50,153 nucleotides of DNA from contig NW_021834264.1 in assembly GCF_006345805.1 (NCBI RefSeq), forward strand, positions 1 to 50,153. The letters run 5' to 3'. This DNA is from Octopus sinensis (Eukaryota). Under the pieces are notes generated by a model. That model saw only the letters and a list, made by a program, of their open reading frames with translations. It had not been told where the DNA came from and did not search any database. Positions 23,868 through 36,785 of this stretch are shown here, one piece after another (position 1 is the first letter of the stretch; every line of letters starts with the position of its first letter). The position numbers were made by a program, and so were the translations under genes.

Positions 23868-24974
23868 TATGTCAAGTATACTTCTGTCATCAAAGCTAGT
23901 TCTTTGTGAAAGTGTAACGTCCTGATCAGGAAGCTGTTGATCTCTGTTCTGCACAAAAATTGTCAGCCTCCTCTTTCACCTCTGCTTCATTATTTTCCTA
24001 ATACCATGTATTTTTTCGAACACCTGTATATACGAAGATGAAATCTCAACATATTTTTATTACATTTCTTTTTCTCTTCTTCTCAAAATATCTATGAACA
24101 GGTTCTTGAATCCTGAAGAACCCGTCTTCATGTGCCGGATAAAATATATTACTGAACCGATATTAACAATCAACTAAAGCGCAAGAACGTTCGTCATTGT
24201 CGTTTTGTATCTACTACGCCTGAAACATTACGTTTTTTTCTATTTCTGTTTCTATTGTGGTTGACGTTTGTTGCTTCATTTATCGCTGTCTTTGTTACTG
24301 CTGTAGAGTTTTTATCTTTTCCGCCTCTACACTGCATCAGTGGTTTTGCGGTCTTATTCTGTTATTCGTGCTATTGTTATTGATGCCGATGTCACCTTTA
24401 TTGATATTGTTTTTCTCCACGTCACTCTTCTCCTTTTCCTCTATGATTAAATAGGTACAATACGTTCTTAAAGCAAAAGCTATGGATAAATATCAAAATT
24501 ATTGGGTTTCAGTTCTAAAAAAAATTTAGTAAAAATTAGGGTTCGATAGATTTGTCTAAGTTACTACAAACGTTAACTGGAAAAATAAAGGAAAGAACTA
24601 CTCCTGCTTTAGATATAGGTGTATATTACATAGGTAGTGTGTAGCGATTTTCTTCACTACTTCAGGGAGTGATGACCCTGCCTGACACGAGCCCCGGGCT
24701 CAGCTGGCGCCGGCTGACAGTACTCGGTATGGGCCCGTATTCAGGGTTATGGAAAGGAGACAACCTTCAATGATATCTTGAATGGAGCCCCGTAGGCGGT
24801 TTAGTGTTTCACTCGATACTTTTCCGGTAGCTCCTGCAACTAAGCTGGTGCCAAACGTAATGCTCTGCACTCCCTCGGACTGCGTCTTTTAAATAACAGA
24901 CAAGTGTGTGCGCTATATTTATTTTTACGACAAAACTTATCTATCAACAGTGATACGTCAATAATTCTTTCTAA

Positions 24975-25160
24975 TCATGGTACAAGCCCAAAAATTTTGA
25001 AGAGAGGAGAAAGTCAATAACATCAACCACAGGACTTGACGGGTAAGTATCTTATCCACCCCGAAAGTACAAAACTCAGAGTAGATATCGGAGAAGTTTA
25101 AACTCAGAAGGTAAGGAGCCGGACAAAATGCCGCTAACGATTTTGCTTGGTCACCGCCAT
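24975..25160 (-). mobile_element. SINE family C, old degenerate copy
   Basis: Degraded CCCCGAAAG...AAACTCAGAA block. Confidence 0.6.
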
Positions 25161-25174
25161 GGGGAACATATCAA

Positions 25175-25583
25175 TATAATCTTTTTTACTATAGGTACAA
25201 GTCCTGAAATTTTGGGAAAGGGGGCTTGTCGATTACATTAACCCCAGTGCCTAACCGCTACTCATCGACCTAAAGTGGATGAAAAGTAAATTCGAACTCG
25301 GTGTAATTTGAACTTAGATCGTAAAGCCAGACGAAATACCTATTTCTATTTCTTTTTTCTACCCACAAGGGGCTAAACACAGAGAGGACAAACAAGGACA
25401 GACGGATTAAGTCGATTATATCGACTCCAGTGCGTAACTGGTACTTATTTAATCGACCCCCAAAGGATGAAAAGCAAAGTCAACCTCGGCGGAATTTGAA
25501 CTCAGAACGTAACGGCAGACGAAATACTGCTTAGCATTTCGCCCAGCGCGCTAACGATTCTGCCTCTGCCAGTTCACCGCCTT
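25175..25583 (-). mobile_element. SINE family C dimer with two different tails
   Basis: A/B-box head near 25583; internal junction AAATAGGTATTTCGTC at ~25336-25345; second monomer ends in the CCCAAAATTTCAGG tail. Confidence 0.8.
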
Positions 25584-26799
25584 AGGGAACTGGTGAATAA
25601 TACTGATGCGGTCACTTGTCACAATCTCTGCAGCTAATATCCGTCGAGGGTTTGGTGTAGTTTCCTCTCAATGCGTCCTGAACTCAAATTCCATTGATCA
25701 GGATTGATCAAATATCTGACTAGAAGTATTTTAAAGCCAATTCAGTCAGCTTTAATATACTTTATTGATGCAAGACTACTCTTGTTTTTCAGTTAGAGAA
25801 TCAATATTTTAATCATGTTAAAGTGACTTCTGCAGACAAACTTGATTTTTCACAATAAATGTTTTGCATTCTGTGAGAAAATCCTCTGAAATGCTTTTGA
25901 TCTCATAGAGATCGATCAAATCGATTTTAGACAATTTCTAGGATCTATTTACTCTGCTCCTCGCCCTCTTATACAATTTGTGCAAATGTGTCAATGTAAG
26001 TGAATGTGAGAAATTAGTACTTCAATATCGTAAAATTTCACATGACTAAATCTATGTTAGATGCAAGAGCAGAAATATTGTGGCGAAGAAAATAAGCTTC
26101 TTCAGCGTTTAGCTCGGTTAACAAAAACATTATCTGTATAAATAAATTTCTCTGGCGTCCATAGTACTCTCCACAACGGCTCATTGGTTCGGCTCACTGA
26201 GGTCTTTAATCTTAATCTTCTCGCTTGATATCAGTCATTTACAAGTGCTTAATTTTAAAGACATCCCAACATATTTGTGTCTGTAGTACCACAAGATATT
26301 TCAATACAACAGCATCAAACGTTATTCTCAATAACGACATGTACATCAATTGGAACAGCTCAACTTAGTGTCTCTTCTTTCGTCAAGATAACAGGCGATA
26401 ATTAAATTATTCAAGCGCACGCCTAATGTGTTTGGATAAATCTAATCAAAGAGTAGTCAACGCAATTAAATTAATTTGCAGAATTCGGTCAACTGGTAAT
26501 AGATGTTAAGACATGAACAAGGACTTTGTTTGAGGACTTTGACGGATGCAACGACGTTCATGGATAGATACAATTGCGCATATCCATTCACACGCACACA
26601 CACACACACATACACAGTGTGCGATGGGTAAATTGTCGCCATTCTATATTTTTAATTTCGTGCATGTGCATTGTTTATTTTTTTATTTTGTCGATGACAC
26701 AGTATAGTAGGGTCAGTTGGGCACCGTCTGTGAGAAAAAAACAGCACCACGATGCAATTCCCTCTGTCAGTAATTTGGAAACAACATGCGGTACTGCTT

Positions 26800-27010
26800 G
26801 GCATTCGCGCCGGAAGCTAGTGGTTACGTTGTTGCGCTTGCGATCGTGAGGTCGTGGGTTTGATTCCCGTACCGAGTGTTTCGTTGTGTTCTTGAGCAAA
26901 ACACTTCATCTCACATTGTCCGGTGATCACTTCGACAACCGACGTGTGGCACACTGTGCACAGGAGCAATGTCGATTTCATGGAGAAAGTCAGCTAATGT
27001 GCAGCACGCA
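26800..27010 (+). mobile_element. Old tRNA-derived SINE with CORE-like block
   Basis: AGCTAGTGGTTA...GGTTTGATTCC boxes; TTGTGTTCTTGAGCAAAACACTT. Confidence 0.6.
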
Positions 27011-27162
27011 CATTTTACCCCTATAAACAAATCACCACTTTATTCAGCAAGAAATTGTAAAACCGCTTTTCGCGGACCCAAGAGACTACATGCAAACATA
27101 TCTACCCTCAATAAATTTGTGAAAACGGGTGTGAATGTGACGGGAATGGCCTACTATGAGCT

Positions 27163-27255
27163 TAGGCCTGTAGGTAGGAGAGAGCAGACGACTGAGGCCT
27201 ATAGGCAGGAGAGAGCAGACGACTAAGGCCTATAGGCAGCGGAGTGCAGACGACT
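27163..27255. repeat. 31-bp minisatellite x3
   Basis: AGGCCTATAGGCAGGAGAGAGCAGACGACT units start at 27163, 27194, 27225. Confidence 0.9.
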
Positions 27256-28104
27256 CCCCATGGTACCATTGGCGGTCAGTTTCTTCAGGAATCGATGAGG
27301 TTTCTATGTTACCTTTGGTTAGTATCCCCCTCTCTATTGGAGAATTTTGTTATTATCTATTTTCTTATTAATAGTTACTGCTTTATGTATTCATGTGTAT
27401 ATGTAAATCCCCACTGACCTACATGACTTTTCAGCCCTCGGAGTCTATAAAGAAATTTTTTTGAGAAATACCTAACAACTCTAGGACAGAAGAACAAAAT
27501 CAGCTAATTTCGAATTCGAAATAGGATTCGGTGCTTTATCAGGCTGCAAGTCTGTCCAAGATCGATGTTATCAAACAGCCACTACGCATTTCCACTAGTT
27601 TATTTCGACAATTCACAGATGAAATATGAAGTAGAGAAGTTATGTTTTTCAATAGAAGTGTCTTTACTCCTGTTTTGGGGGAAAGTTGACCTGCTGCCCT
27701 TGTCGTTTGTGAAGGAGCTTTCTCCTTTGGCTTCTTACGATTGCTTATGGAATCCGCTCATAAGCACGCATAGGCACGCACACATATTATCACAAACATC
27801 ACACTTACACATATCAAATATCCATAGTATAGAAATGCAGAAATGTGTTTTAAATAGATGAATACATCACGGAATCGACTCTTGCTGTTTTGTGTGCTTA
27901 TAATGATGCAATTCCGTCTTTCAGCTGCACTGCTTGAAAAAGATGAAACAATATTTATAGAATTTCATCTCAATATTAGGAAGCACAATTCAAATATATG
28001 CTTATATATAATGTGTGTGTGTGTGTGTGCACGCGTGTAAGTGAGTAGATATGTATGCAGCGAAAGGATATGTACTCATACATCCATAGATCTGTGGCAT
28101 ATGC

Positions 28105-28265
28105 ATACACATATTGCCTTTCATCCTTTCGGGGTCGATAAATAAAGTACCAGTTTCGCACTGGGGTCGATGTAATCGACTTAATCCGTTTGTCTGTCTT
28201 TGTCTGTCCTTGTCTGTCCTTGTTTCTCCCCTCTATGTTTAGCCCCTTGTGGGTAGTAAAGAAAT
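28105..28265 (+). mobile_element. SINE family C 3' part
   Basis: GCCTTTCATCCTTTCGGGGTCGAT...GTGGGTAGTAAAGAAATA. Confidence 0.85.
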
Positions 28266-28519
28266 ATACACATATATAAAGACATGTACACATCACGCAC
28301 ACATACGTATAATATATACACGCCGATGTCGAACAGTAAGAATGGGTGCCCAAAACCGCATTTGTGCATAAATACTCTTTATTTGTTAGTTAACAAGACT
28401 ACCATTGCTTTCATGACGAGACTTCTCGGCCACGTAGGGTGTTGGTACTCGTCACCATCGTCGTATTCTCGTCCAAGATGGAGACGAGTCCCATGTGGCA
28501 GCCTTGATAATCGCTGGTA

Positions 28520-28712
28520 TTCGCCATGATAGATCGCTAGCCACTACACATTCTTTATTTTCTCTCCTTGTTTCTTTCTGTGTTCCTTTCTGTGTAAGAG
28601 CGTAGGCTCGAAACGTTAAAGACTTTTTCGCTTCCCGAGCGTTATACTAATACATCTGTTTGTTGTCTAAACCACCTGTCTTCGTCTTTTGTTTTTTGTG
28701 AATTCTCCCAAT
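28520..28712 (+). mobile_element. Short Penelope-type element, second copy
   Basis: Colinear with 5370-5548; motif CTTT-CTGTGTA-A-GAGC gtag GCTC-GAA-ACGT-T-AAAG at 28586-28621; ends CTCCC then (TA)n. Confidence 0.6.
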
Positions 28713-28720
28713 ATATATAT

Positions 28721-28880
28721 AGGAGTGGCTGTGTGGTAAGTAGCTTGCTAACCAACCACATGGTTCCGGGTTCAGTCCCACTGCGTGGCATCTTGGGCAA
28801 GTGTCTTCTGCTATAGCCCCGGGCCGACCAATGCCTTGTGAGTGGATTTGGTAGACGGAAACTGAAAGAAGCCTGTCGTA

Positions 28881-28918
<38 letters not shown>

Positions 28919-29128
28919 TTGTGTGTCTGTGTTTGTCCCCCTAGCATTGCTTGACAACCGATGCTGGTGTGTTTACGTCCCCGTAACTTAGCGGTTCGGC
29001 AAAAGAGACCGATAGAATAAGTACTGGGCTTACAAAAGAATAAGTCCCGAGTCGATTTGCTCGACTAAAGGCGGTGCTCCAGCATGGCCGCAGTCAAATG
29101 ACTGAAACAAGTAAAAGAGTAAAAAGAG

Positions 29129-29129
<1 letters not shown>
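28721..29129 (+). mobile_element. SINE family A
   Basis: Close match to 22791-23207. Confidence 0.92.
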
Positions 29130-29159
<30 letters not shown>

Positions 29160-29519
29160 AGTATTTCATACTTTCAACGCTAACGAAGTTCGAACCTTCA
29201 TAACGCAGCCCATTTGAAACAAATTCTTCTCCGAAGAATAAATCCTAAAAACCGATCTATGTTTCTGCTTTTCACTGTTTCAAGAAGCTTCGCGTTCAGT
29301 GAATCTTCAAATCCTTGTCACTAAAACACTTGTATACGAAAGCTAAGGAAAAGTGATGAGTCGGTGGTCAACATATTTAGTTATACACCGCTTATTTTGC
29401 GCTGGTCCATGTGCTTGATTACGAGTGTAGAAGCGAATGTCTCTGATTCTTTGCGTGCTTTGCAATCTGTTCTCAATGCCTTAAGCCTTGTTTACTCTGA
29501 GTAGGGTACTGGTGTATAC

Positions 29520-29938
29520 GTATTTATTTACTACCCACAAGGGGCTAAACACAGAGAGGACAAACAAGGACAGACAAACGGATTAAGTCGATTGTATCGA
29601 CCCCAGTACGTAACTGGTACTTATTTAACCGATCCCAAAAGGATGAAAGGCAAAGTCGACCTCGGCGGAATTTGAACTCAGAACGTAGCAGCAGACGACA
29701 TACCTATTTCTTTACTACCCACAATGGGCTAAACGCAGAAGGGACAAAGAAGGAGAGACAAACGGCTTAAGCCAATAACATCGACCCCAGTGCGTAACTG
29801 GTACTTAATTTATCGACCCCGAAAGGATGAAAGGCAAAGTCGACTTCGGCGGAATTTGAACTCAGAACGTAGTGGCAGACGAAATACCGCAAAGCATTTC
29901 GCCCGGCGTGCTAACGTTTCTTCCAGCACGCCGCCTTA
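29520..29938 (-). mobile_element. SINE family C dimer, 13-bp TSD
   Basis: TACTGGTGTATAC at 29507-29519 and 29939-29951; junction AAATAGGTATGTCGTC near 29700. Confidence 0.9.
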
Positions 29939-30726
29939 TACTGGTGTATACCTCTACTACTATCTCCTTTAATTGGTCCTTTGAGGATAAAGCAAAATGC
30001 CTTTCTCTTCGTGAGACAAACCTGCATCAATTTTCTCTTCGGACAGTTCTAAATGTATTCTCGCGATAAAGATATACTGTCCTATCTCACACATTTCATT
30101 CAATATTTCGCTGTCTGTGTTCTAATAATCCACGCTGGAAGCTACTTGAACGAAATTCACTTCATCCACGGATTCCATGTCTGATGACATTTGAGAAGTG
30201 TGTGTGAGAGAGAGAGAGTATCAGTATTGCCGTTATTATTGTGTAAGCATGTGTCAATACTATTGTGTATGTATGAGTGTGATGTGAATACCATTGTTGT
30301 TGTTGCTTTTGTTGTTGTCATCAAGAATGTCTAGGAAATACCAAAGATATTTCTTTTATTTCGAAAACTTATGAGTAGTGTCAGAAACGAGATTTTATGT
30401 CATTCAGCTTTGTACAGCCAGATTTTTTCTTTCACCTGTTTTGATTTCGAAGGCATTTCGTAGCTGACTCGACTCCACTGGAAATGAATACGAATAAAAA
30501 AAAAAAAGAGACATGTTGAAAATGTCATTAAAAAATTTTTCTCTGTCATTTTTCATTTTTTTGGGGGGTTTTTTTTTCACCTTTAGATAATCCATAAACT
30601 GAAATAAAATACTTTTATAAACAAGATATAAACAAGAAAATACCATCTAATTCCAGAAAATGTCTTTCGAAATGCTGTAATCCAAAAGTTAACATGGTTG
30701 AAGAGTAAAAGTTATAACAAGAACTG

Positions 30727-31045
<319 letters not shown>

Positions 31046-31322
31046 ATACCCAAAAATGGCAGAAATTCAAAAGATAGTGTTCATGGGAACTGCTCATATC
31101 CTACGTAAAATACTTTCTATGTAATCTCAAGGTTTAAAACAAACATAATTTTCGGGGTTTTTTTCGTTTTTTTTAAACATTCACTAGTACAACACAAAAA
31201 AACAACAAATATATGGCACACTAGGCATAACAGCAACAGGAACTTCCAACCTGTTGTCTCTTGAGGTCTCTGTGTGAGACTTGGGGCCAACTTGTACAAA
31301 TATAAAGCAAAAGTCAAACATA
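31046..31322 (+). mobile_element. Dong/R4-clade LINE, 5'-truncated, in (TAA)n
   Basis: PKMAEIQKIVFMGTAHILRKILSM* plus 3' UTR ending AAAGTCAAACAT; (AAT)n on both sides. Confidence 0.88.
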
Positions 31323-31346
31323 TAATAATAATAATAATAATAATAA

Positions 31347-31389
<43 letters not shown>

Positions 31390-31940
31390 GGAAGCTATGC
31401 CAACATTATGGAATAACAACAGAAAAAATATGGTATAGGCACACACCAAAAAAGGTCACAGAAAACGAGAAAGCAACCATACTCTGGGATATGCCAATAC
31501 ACACAGATAGAGAAATTAAAGCCAACAGACCAGATATAGTTATCAGAGATCATGAAGGAAAAAATGCTTTCTAATTGATGTACCAATACCAGCAGATGAC
31601 AACGTGTCTCTGAAAGAAATGGAGAAACTTTCAAAAGACAAAGACCTGGAAATAGAGGTAACTCGAATCTGGAATCTAAAAACAGAAACAATTCCTATCA
31701 TAGTGGACGAATTAGGTATGATGAAAAATATTCAGACAAATACATAACAAAAACACCAGGACTTACAAACATAACTAACATACAGAAAATTGCACTACTA
31801 GGCACTGCACACATCCTACGCAAAACACTTTCAATACAGTAACCATCAGAGCATCACAACAAATCACAGCACGTACCCAAGGCACACAGAGCTGCGCTCG
31901 GTAGTGAAGTGAAAGCACTCTATAAAAATAAAACTACTGA
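31390..31940 (+). mobile_element. Dong/R4-clade LINE (second family), restriction-like endonuclease domain, in (TAA)n
   Basis: TILWDMPIHTDREIKANRPDIVIRD...LIDVPIPADDNV..KEMEKLSK...IQKIALLGTAHILRKTLSIQ* (PD...D endonuclease); AAT repeats on both sides. Confidence 0.92.
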
Positions 31941-31964
31941 ATAATGATAATAATGATGTAGAAA

Positions 31965-32130
31965 GTCGATCATATTGACCCCTAGTACTTGACTGGTATT
32001 ACTTTATCGACTCCGAAAGGATGAAACACAATGTCGACTTCGGCGGAATTTGAACTCAGAACGTAGCGACACACGAAATACTACTATGCATTTCGCCCGG
32101 CCTGCTAACGATTCTGCCAGGCCACTGCCT
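31965..32130 (-). mobile_element. SINE family C
   Basis: GGCAGAATCGTTAGC...GAGTTCAAATTCC on the minus strand. Confidence 0.85.
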
Positions 32131-32574
32131 TAATAATAATCTTATAATAATTCTGCTTGTCATTACGTTACTTAGCCCGTCGATAACGCTTTCATGGGAT
32201 AAAAAAGAAGTGGGAAAAAGAAAAGTGGGAGAGAGAAAAATTGGGTGAGACAAGCGCCCGTGAGGTGAGGTAGAGGAAACGTAATTGTAACGTCCATGAC
32301 ATGTGGTAAGGGGAACGTAATATTTATTACGTGGTTTAAAAAGTTAGTGGAATGTAGTGATATAGAGGAAAGTTAGGAATATAATTTTAGCAGAGGAGTG
32401 ATGTTCTGATGGTGAGATTAAAGAAAGGCAGAATGAGAGAGAGAGAGAGAGAGATCATAGTGGTGGTGGTGGTGGTGGTGGATGCGGCGGCGGCGGCGGC
32501 GTTGGTGAGTGCAGAGTGAAAGGTTGTTTCCTTATTGAGCTAAGTTTTATTTTATACCACCTACCACTTAGCGC

Positions 32575-33704
32575 ATGCGTATCCCAAACTTGTCATTCAC
32601 TTTAGAAAGAAACCGGTTTCCCGTTCACCTGTCATATGCAATCACTATCAATAAATCACAAAGGCAGACATTTGATAAAGTGTTCTTGCCTGAACCGGTA
32701 TATTCGGCCATGGTCAGCTATACTTTGCGTTCTCAAGAGCTCGCAAATTATCTGATGTGAGAGTTAAAGTTATCAACACTGACAAACACGGGAAAAGAAG
32801 AGGGAGAACTTACATGAAGAACATAGTCTGCAAAAAAAGTATAGCATTGAAATGAATTAGCAAATTGAAATGTGTATTGGCTCTCACCCATTGCTTCGGT
32901 TTATAAATTACCAACGATATGGTTTTCAGAGTAGGCCATGTTGCATTAAATCTTTACCCTCGTGAAATTGTGACCGCTGTATTTTACATATAAAACATTT
33001 TATTTTACTATAAAACTTTTGTTTTGTAGATATGATATTGCGACCATGTAAATTTTAAAATGTAATTTTTTTCTGTTTATGGGAAAATTGGAAAATTGGA
33101 AAATAAGAGTGAATATTTATTTTATGAGTTCTGTGCATTAAGTCTATAAAATTGTGCATAAAGTATATATATATGTGCGTGTGTGTGTGTGTGTGTGTGT
33201 GTTGTGTGGAGATGCAATGGCCCAGTGGTTAGAGCAGCGGACTCGCGGTCATAGGATCATGATTTCGATTCCCAGACCGGGCGTTGTGAGTGTTTATTGA
33301 GCGAAAACACCTAAAGTTCCACGAGGCTCCGGCAGGGGGGGGGTGGCGATCCCTGCTGTACTCTTTCGCCACAACTTTCTCTAACTCTTTCTTCTGTTGG
33401 CTTGCTCGCTTAGCCAGCGGGGTGGCATCATTTCAAGGCTAAAACAATGCGAAGCGCATTGTGACTGCGATGTGTAGCAACATCTGATAACCTGGTCGGT
33501 CACGGTGATATATATATATATAAAGTGTATTAAGTAATCATCGTTTTCCAGTTTCCCTCACTTTTCAATGAATTGCAGATGAGCGACTATCTTTCCATAC
33601 AAACACAACACAGGCTCCGCTTTCAGGTTTTGGGCGATAAAGTTTTCAGGAATAATCCAATAGGTTCACTATTAATTCCCTGAAATATTCACAGGTCCCG
33701 CTAG
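32575..33704 (+). mobile_element. Helitron remnant: Pif1 helicase C-terminal fragment with probable 3' CTAG end
   Basis: FTLERNRFPVHLSYAITINKSQRQTFDKV..PEPV.(S)HGQLYFAFSRARK at 32575-32850; CCCGCTAG|T at 33697-33705 (end call less certain); 5' limit unknown. Confidence 0.75.
33206..33510 (+). mobile_element. SINE family B inside the Helitron remnant
   Basis: GATGCAATGGCCCAGTGGTTAGAGC head; tail ends CACGGTGATA. Confidence 0.9.
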
Positions 33705-33719
33705 TAATGATAACAATCC

Positions 33720-33905
33720 TTTCTACTACAGGCACAAGACCTGAAATTCTGGAGAAGGGGACATAGACCCGATGCGCAACTGATACTTAACCCGAAAGGA
33801 TAAAAGGCGAAGTTGACCCCGGCGGTATTTGAACTCAGAATGAAAAAGCAGGCAAAATACCGCTAAGCATTTCGCCCAGCGTGCTAACGATTCTGCCAGC
33901 TCATC
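33720..33905 (-). mobile_element. SINE family C
   Basis: Family C blocks on the minus strand. Confidence 0.75.
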
Positions 33906-34187
33906 ATCCGATCTCTTCACCCATTGCTGATTTTTATTCACCAAACTGTTCCTCTTGCTCTTGCTATTCCCTTGAACCCTCACATATTTATGATTATCTC
34001 AGGTACACGACAAAAGTTGAAACTGAACAACGTTCAATAATACCTTTTATTAATAAATGGCAATAATAATGATGATGGTAATAATAGTTATGGTGGTAAT
34101 AAGGATAATGGTAATAATAATTTAGCCTAAACTCATATCGGATCAGAGAAAGTATTAACAATTACAAATATAATAATAATAATAATA

Positions 34188-34241
<54 letters not shown>

Positions 34242-34493
34242 GATAGTGCTCATGGGAACTGCTCATATCCTACGCAAAATACTTTCTATGTAATCTCAAG
34301 GTTTAAAACAAACATAATTTTCGGTTTTAAAAAAAAAAAAATTATTAGTACAACACCAAAACCTCCACCCCCCCAAAAAAATATATGGCACACTAGGCAT
34401 AACAACAACATGAACTTCCAACCTGTTGTCTCTTGAGGTCTCTGGGTGAGACTTGGAGCCAACTTGTACAAATATAAAGCAAAAGTCAAACAT
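34242..34493 (+). mobile_element. Dong/R4-clade LINE, 5'-truncated, same family as 31046-31322
   Basis: IVLMGTAHILRKILSM*; same 3' end AAAGTCAAACAT; (AAT)n at 34170-34241 and 34494-34620. Confidence 0.88.
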
Positions 34494-34505
34494 AGAATAA
34501 TAAGC

Positions 34506-34550
<45 letters not shown>

Positions 34551-34561
34551 TAATAGTAATA

Positions 34562-34620
<59 letters not shown>

Positions 34621-36320
34621 AAAGAATAGTTTGGAATCTCACTATGCTCTGATTGATGATACATCTAGTGATGGTGTCACAATAAAAACACTGGTAATTG
34701 CGCAATCTGATAATCGCTACCTCATATGAGTGACAATGAATAAACAAAATATTGTGAATAACAGTGGTAATGAAACTGAAGCCCTTTGTGGTAACAGTGT
34801 TACACTCGGCAGGCTCAGAGATACTGGTCCGACTCCAGTCTATCGTTATCCAGCAACGGACCGGCACATATGGCATAGATGGAACAAAGAAGTCAATACT
34901 GTTGTCATGGTCTATTACTACCTAAGCAACCTCGTAGACGAAAATAGTGTTCATCGTAGGGTATACCAACAACGTATGTATGTTGTTGGCATCCTTTTTG
35001 TCTCGGGAGACAATGGAGTTGCGCATAAAGTAGTCTAGTCCGGTTTTTACATTTCATGTCCTGATACATTTCCTGCTGTGACTGTGTAGTCCTATCCTGG
35101 ACAAACACTCCCTCTGGCAGGTACCGCAAATGTAGCGAAGACTGTTCCTGGCTGGCTGTAATGCCATAGTTTCTTGTTGACGTCTTTTCTTGTCTTTCCA
35201 TTTCTCCTCTCTCTCTCTCTGTCACTCCTTTGTATTCCCTCTCTTACGGTACGTCGCCAGTCTCCACGGTTGCCGGCAACTGCCTGCCAACCGCTAATAT
35301 TGATGTTGCAGGCCTTCATGTCCCTTTTGCAAACGTATGTATGAACAATGAGGGGAAGAGGATTGTTTCAACTCACAGAACAGAGATTATGTGATCAAGC
35401 TAGAGCAATAAGAAAAAATCGTTGGTTCACAGAAGTAGAGCTCGAAGCTATCAAAAGACGGGTACTGGGAAACAGCAGCAGAGGGAACGATGAAAATACA
35501 GTTCCTACTGATAAAAGTAATCTCGTAGCAGGAAACGAAGGTGAAATCTCTAATAAACCACAAGAAAGGAACAGTGATAGCTTCCTCGATGAGAGAGATA
35601 TATATTGTTTGGGAAAGATAATAAAACATATGGTGACATGACAGAGAGGCAAAAGGCAATATACGACAGAATAATGGCAAGGCAACAAGAGAACAATAGC
35701 GATATTATTTGCAACCTTAAAAAGGTTGATCGGTAGAAATTAAACCAAGAAACGAAAAATGTGAATGAAATTCTGAAATACATCAGAACAAAAGAACATC
35801 ACAGAAAGAAATAATTTGATCAAAGCAGCAAGTATTGCTGTAGCAGAAAATGTGGGTGTTGACGTCAAGCAAAAGAAATATAATAGGGGTGACAAAAGAA
35901 AAGATCAATGGTAGAAAAGAAGAATTACAGGCGGGGTTAGATATGCTCTCGAAAGACATTTCTGAGTTAGATCGAAAATAGAAGAGGGAGCTTAAAAGCG
36001 AATAAAAATACAGGGCACTGAAGAGGAAGTATGATATTGAAAGAAAGGGTATGAAAGTGGTAATGGAGGAACTGAAACAGCGCCTTGTTGCAAAGAAAAC
36101 AAAGATGGTAGGATACGACAAAAGAACAAAGAGATACCAGCAGAATAGGTAATTTAGAGTAGATCAGAAGAGATTCTACAAAGAAATAAAAGGAGAGTGT
36201 ACAGATGAAGAGTTGATACCAGATAACATCGAAAGTCAAGGGTTTTGGAATGAAATCTGGAGCAAAGACAAGGAGCGCAAGATGTATGCTGGATGGTTGC
36301 AAGAACTGAAACAAAGACTA
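34621..36320 (+). pseudogene. Dong/R4-clade LINE 5' part (N-terminal and pre-RT region), degenerate
   Basis: HRWNKEVNTVVMVYYYLS...YQQRMY; [27 protein letters not shown]; EELKQRLVAKK...YQQNR*FRVDQKRFYKEI...FWNEIW; begins at (AAT)n, ends before RT. Confidence 0.8.
34983..35331 (-). mobile_element. RTE-clade LINE 3' fragment inside the Dong copy, 12-bp TSD
   Basis: VCKRDMKACNINISGWQAVAGNRGDWRRTVREG...CGTCQRECLSRIGLHSHSRKC; AACGTATGTATG at 34971-34982 and 35332-35343. Confidence 0.9.
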
Positions 36321-36356
36321 AATATATTTAGTTATAAATATTTATATTTATATACA

Positions 36357-36518
36357 GCAGGAGTGGCTGTGTGGTAAGTAGCTTGCTTACCAACTACATG
36401 GTTCCGGGTTCAGTCCCACTGCGTGGCATCTTGGGCAAGTGTCTTGTGCTATAGCCTCGGGCCGACCAATGCCTTGTGAGTGGATTTGGTAGACGGAAAC
36501 TGAAAGAAGCCTGTCGTA

Positions 36519-36565
<47 letters not shown>

Positions 36566-36785
36566 TTGTGTGTCTGTGTTTGTCCCCCCACCATCGCTTG
36601 ACAACCGATGCTGGTGTGTTTACGTTCCCGTCACTTAGCGGTTCGGCAAAAAGAGACCGATAGAATAAGTACTGGGCTTACAAAGAATAAGTCCCGGGGT
36701 CGAGTTGCTCGACTAAAGGTGGTGCTCCAGCATGGCCGCAGTCAAATGACTGAAACAAGTAAAAGAGAAAAGAGAAAGAGAAATA
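36357..36785 (+). mobile_element. SINE family A
   Basis: Close match to 22791-23207. Confidence 0.92.

Noticed and set aside
24200-24460. Asn-rich near-ORF on the minus strand
   Set aside because: Needs a frameshift, low complexity, no motif.
25690-25900. Faint resemblance to the hAT dimerisation motif (SAE...IK)
   Set aside because: Too degenerate to support without a profile search.
31311-31322. Dong and Tx1 copies both end in AAACAT
   Set aside because: Six AT-rich bases in unrelated clades; probably coincidence.
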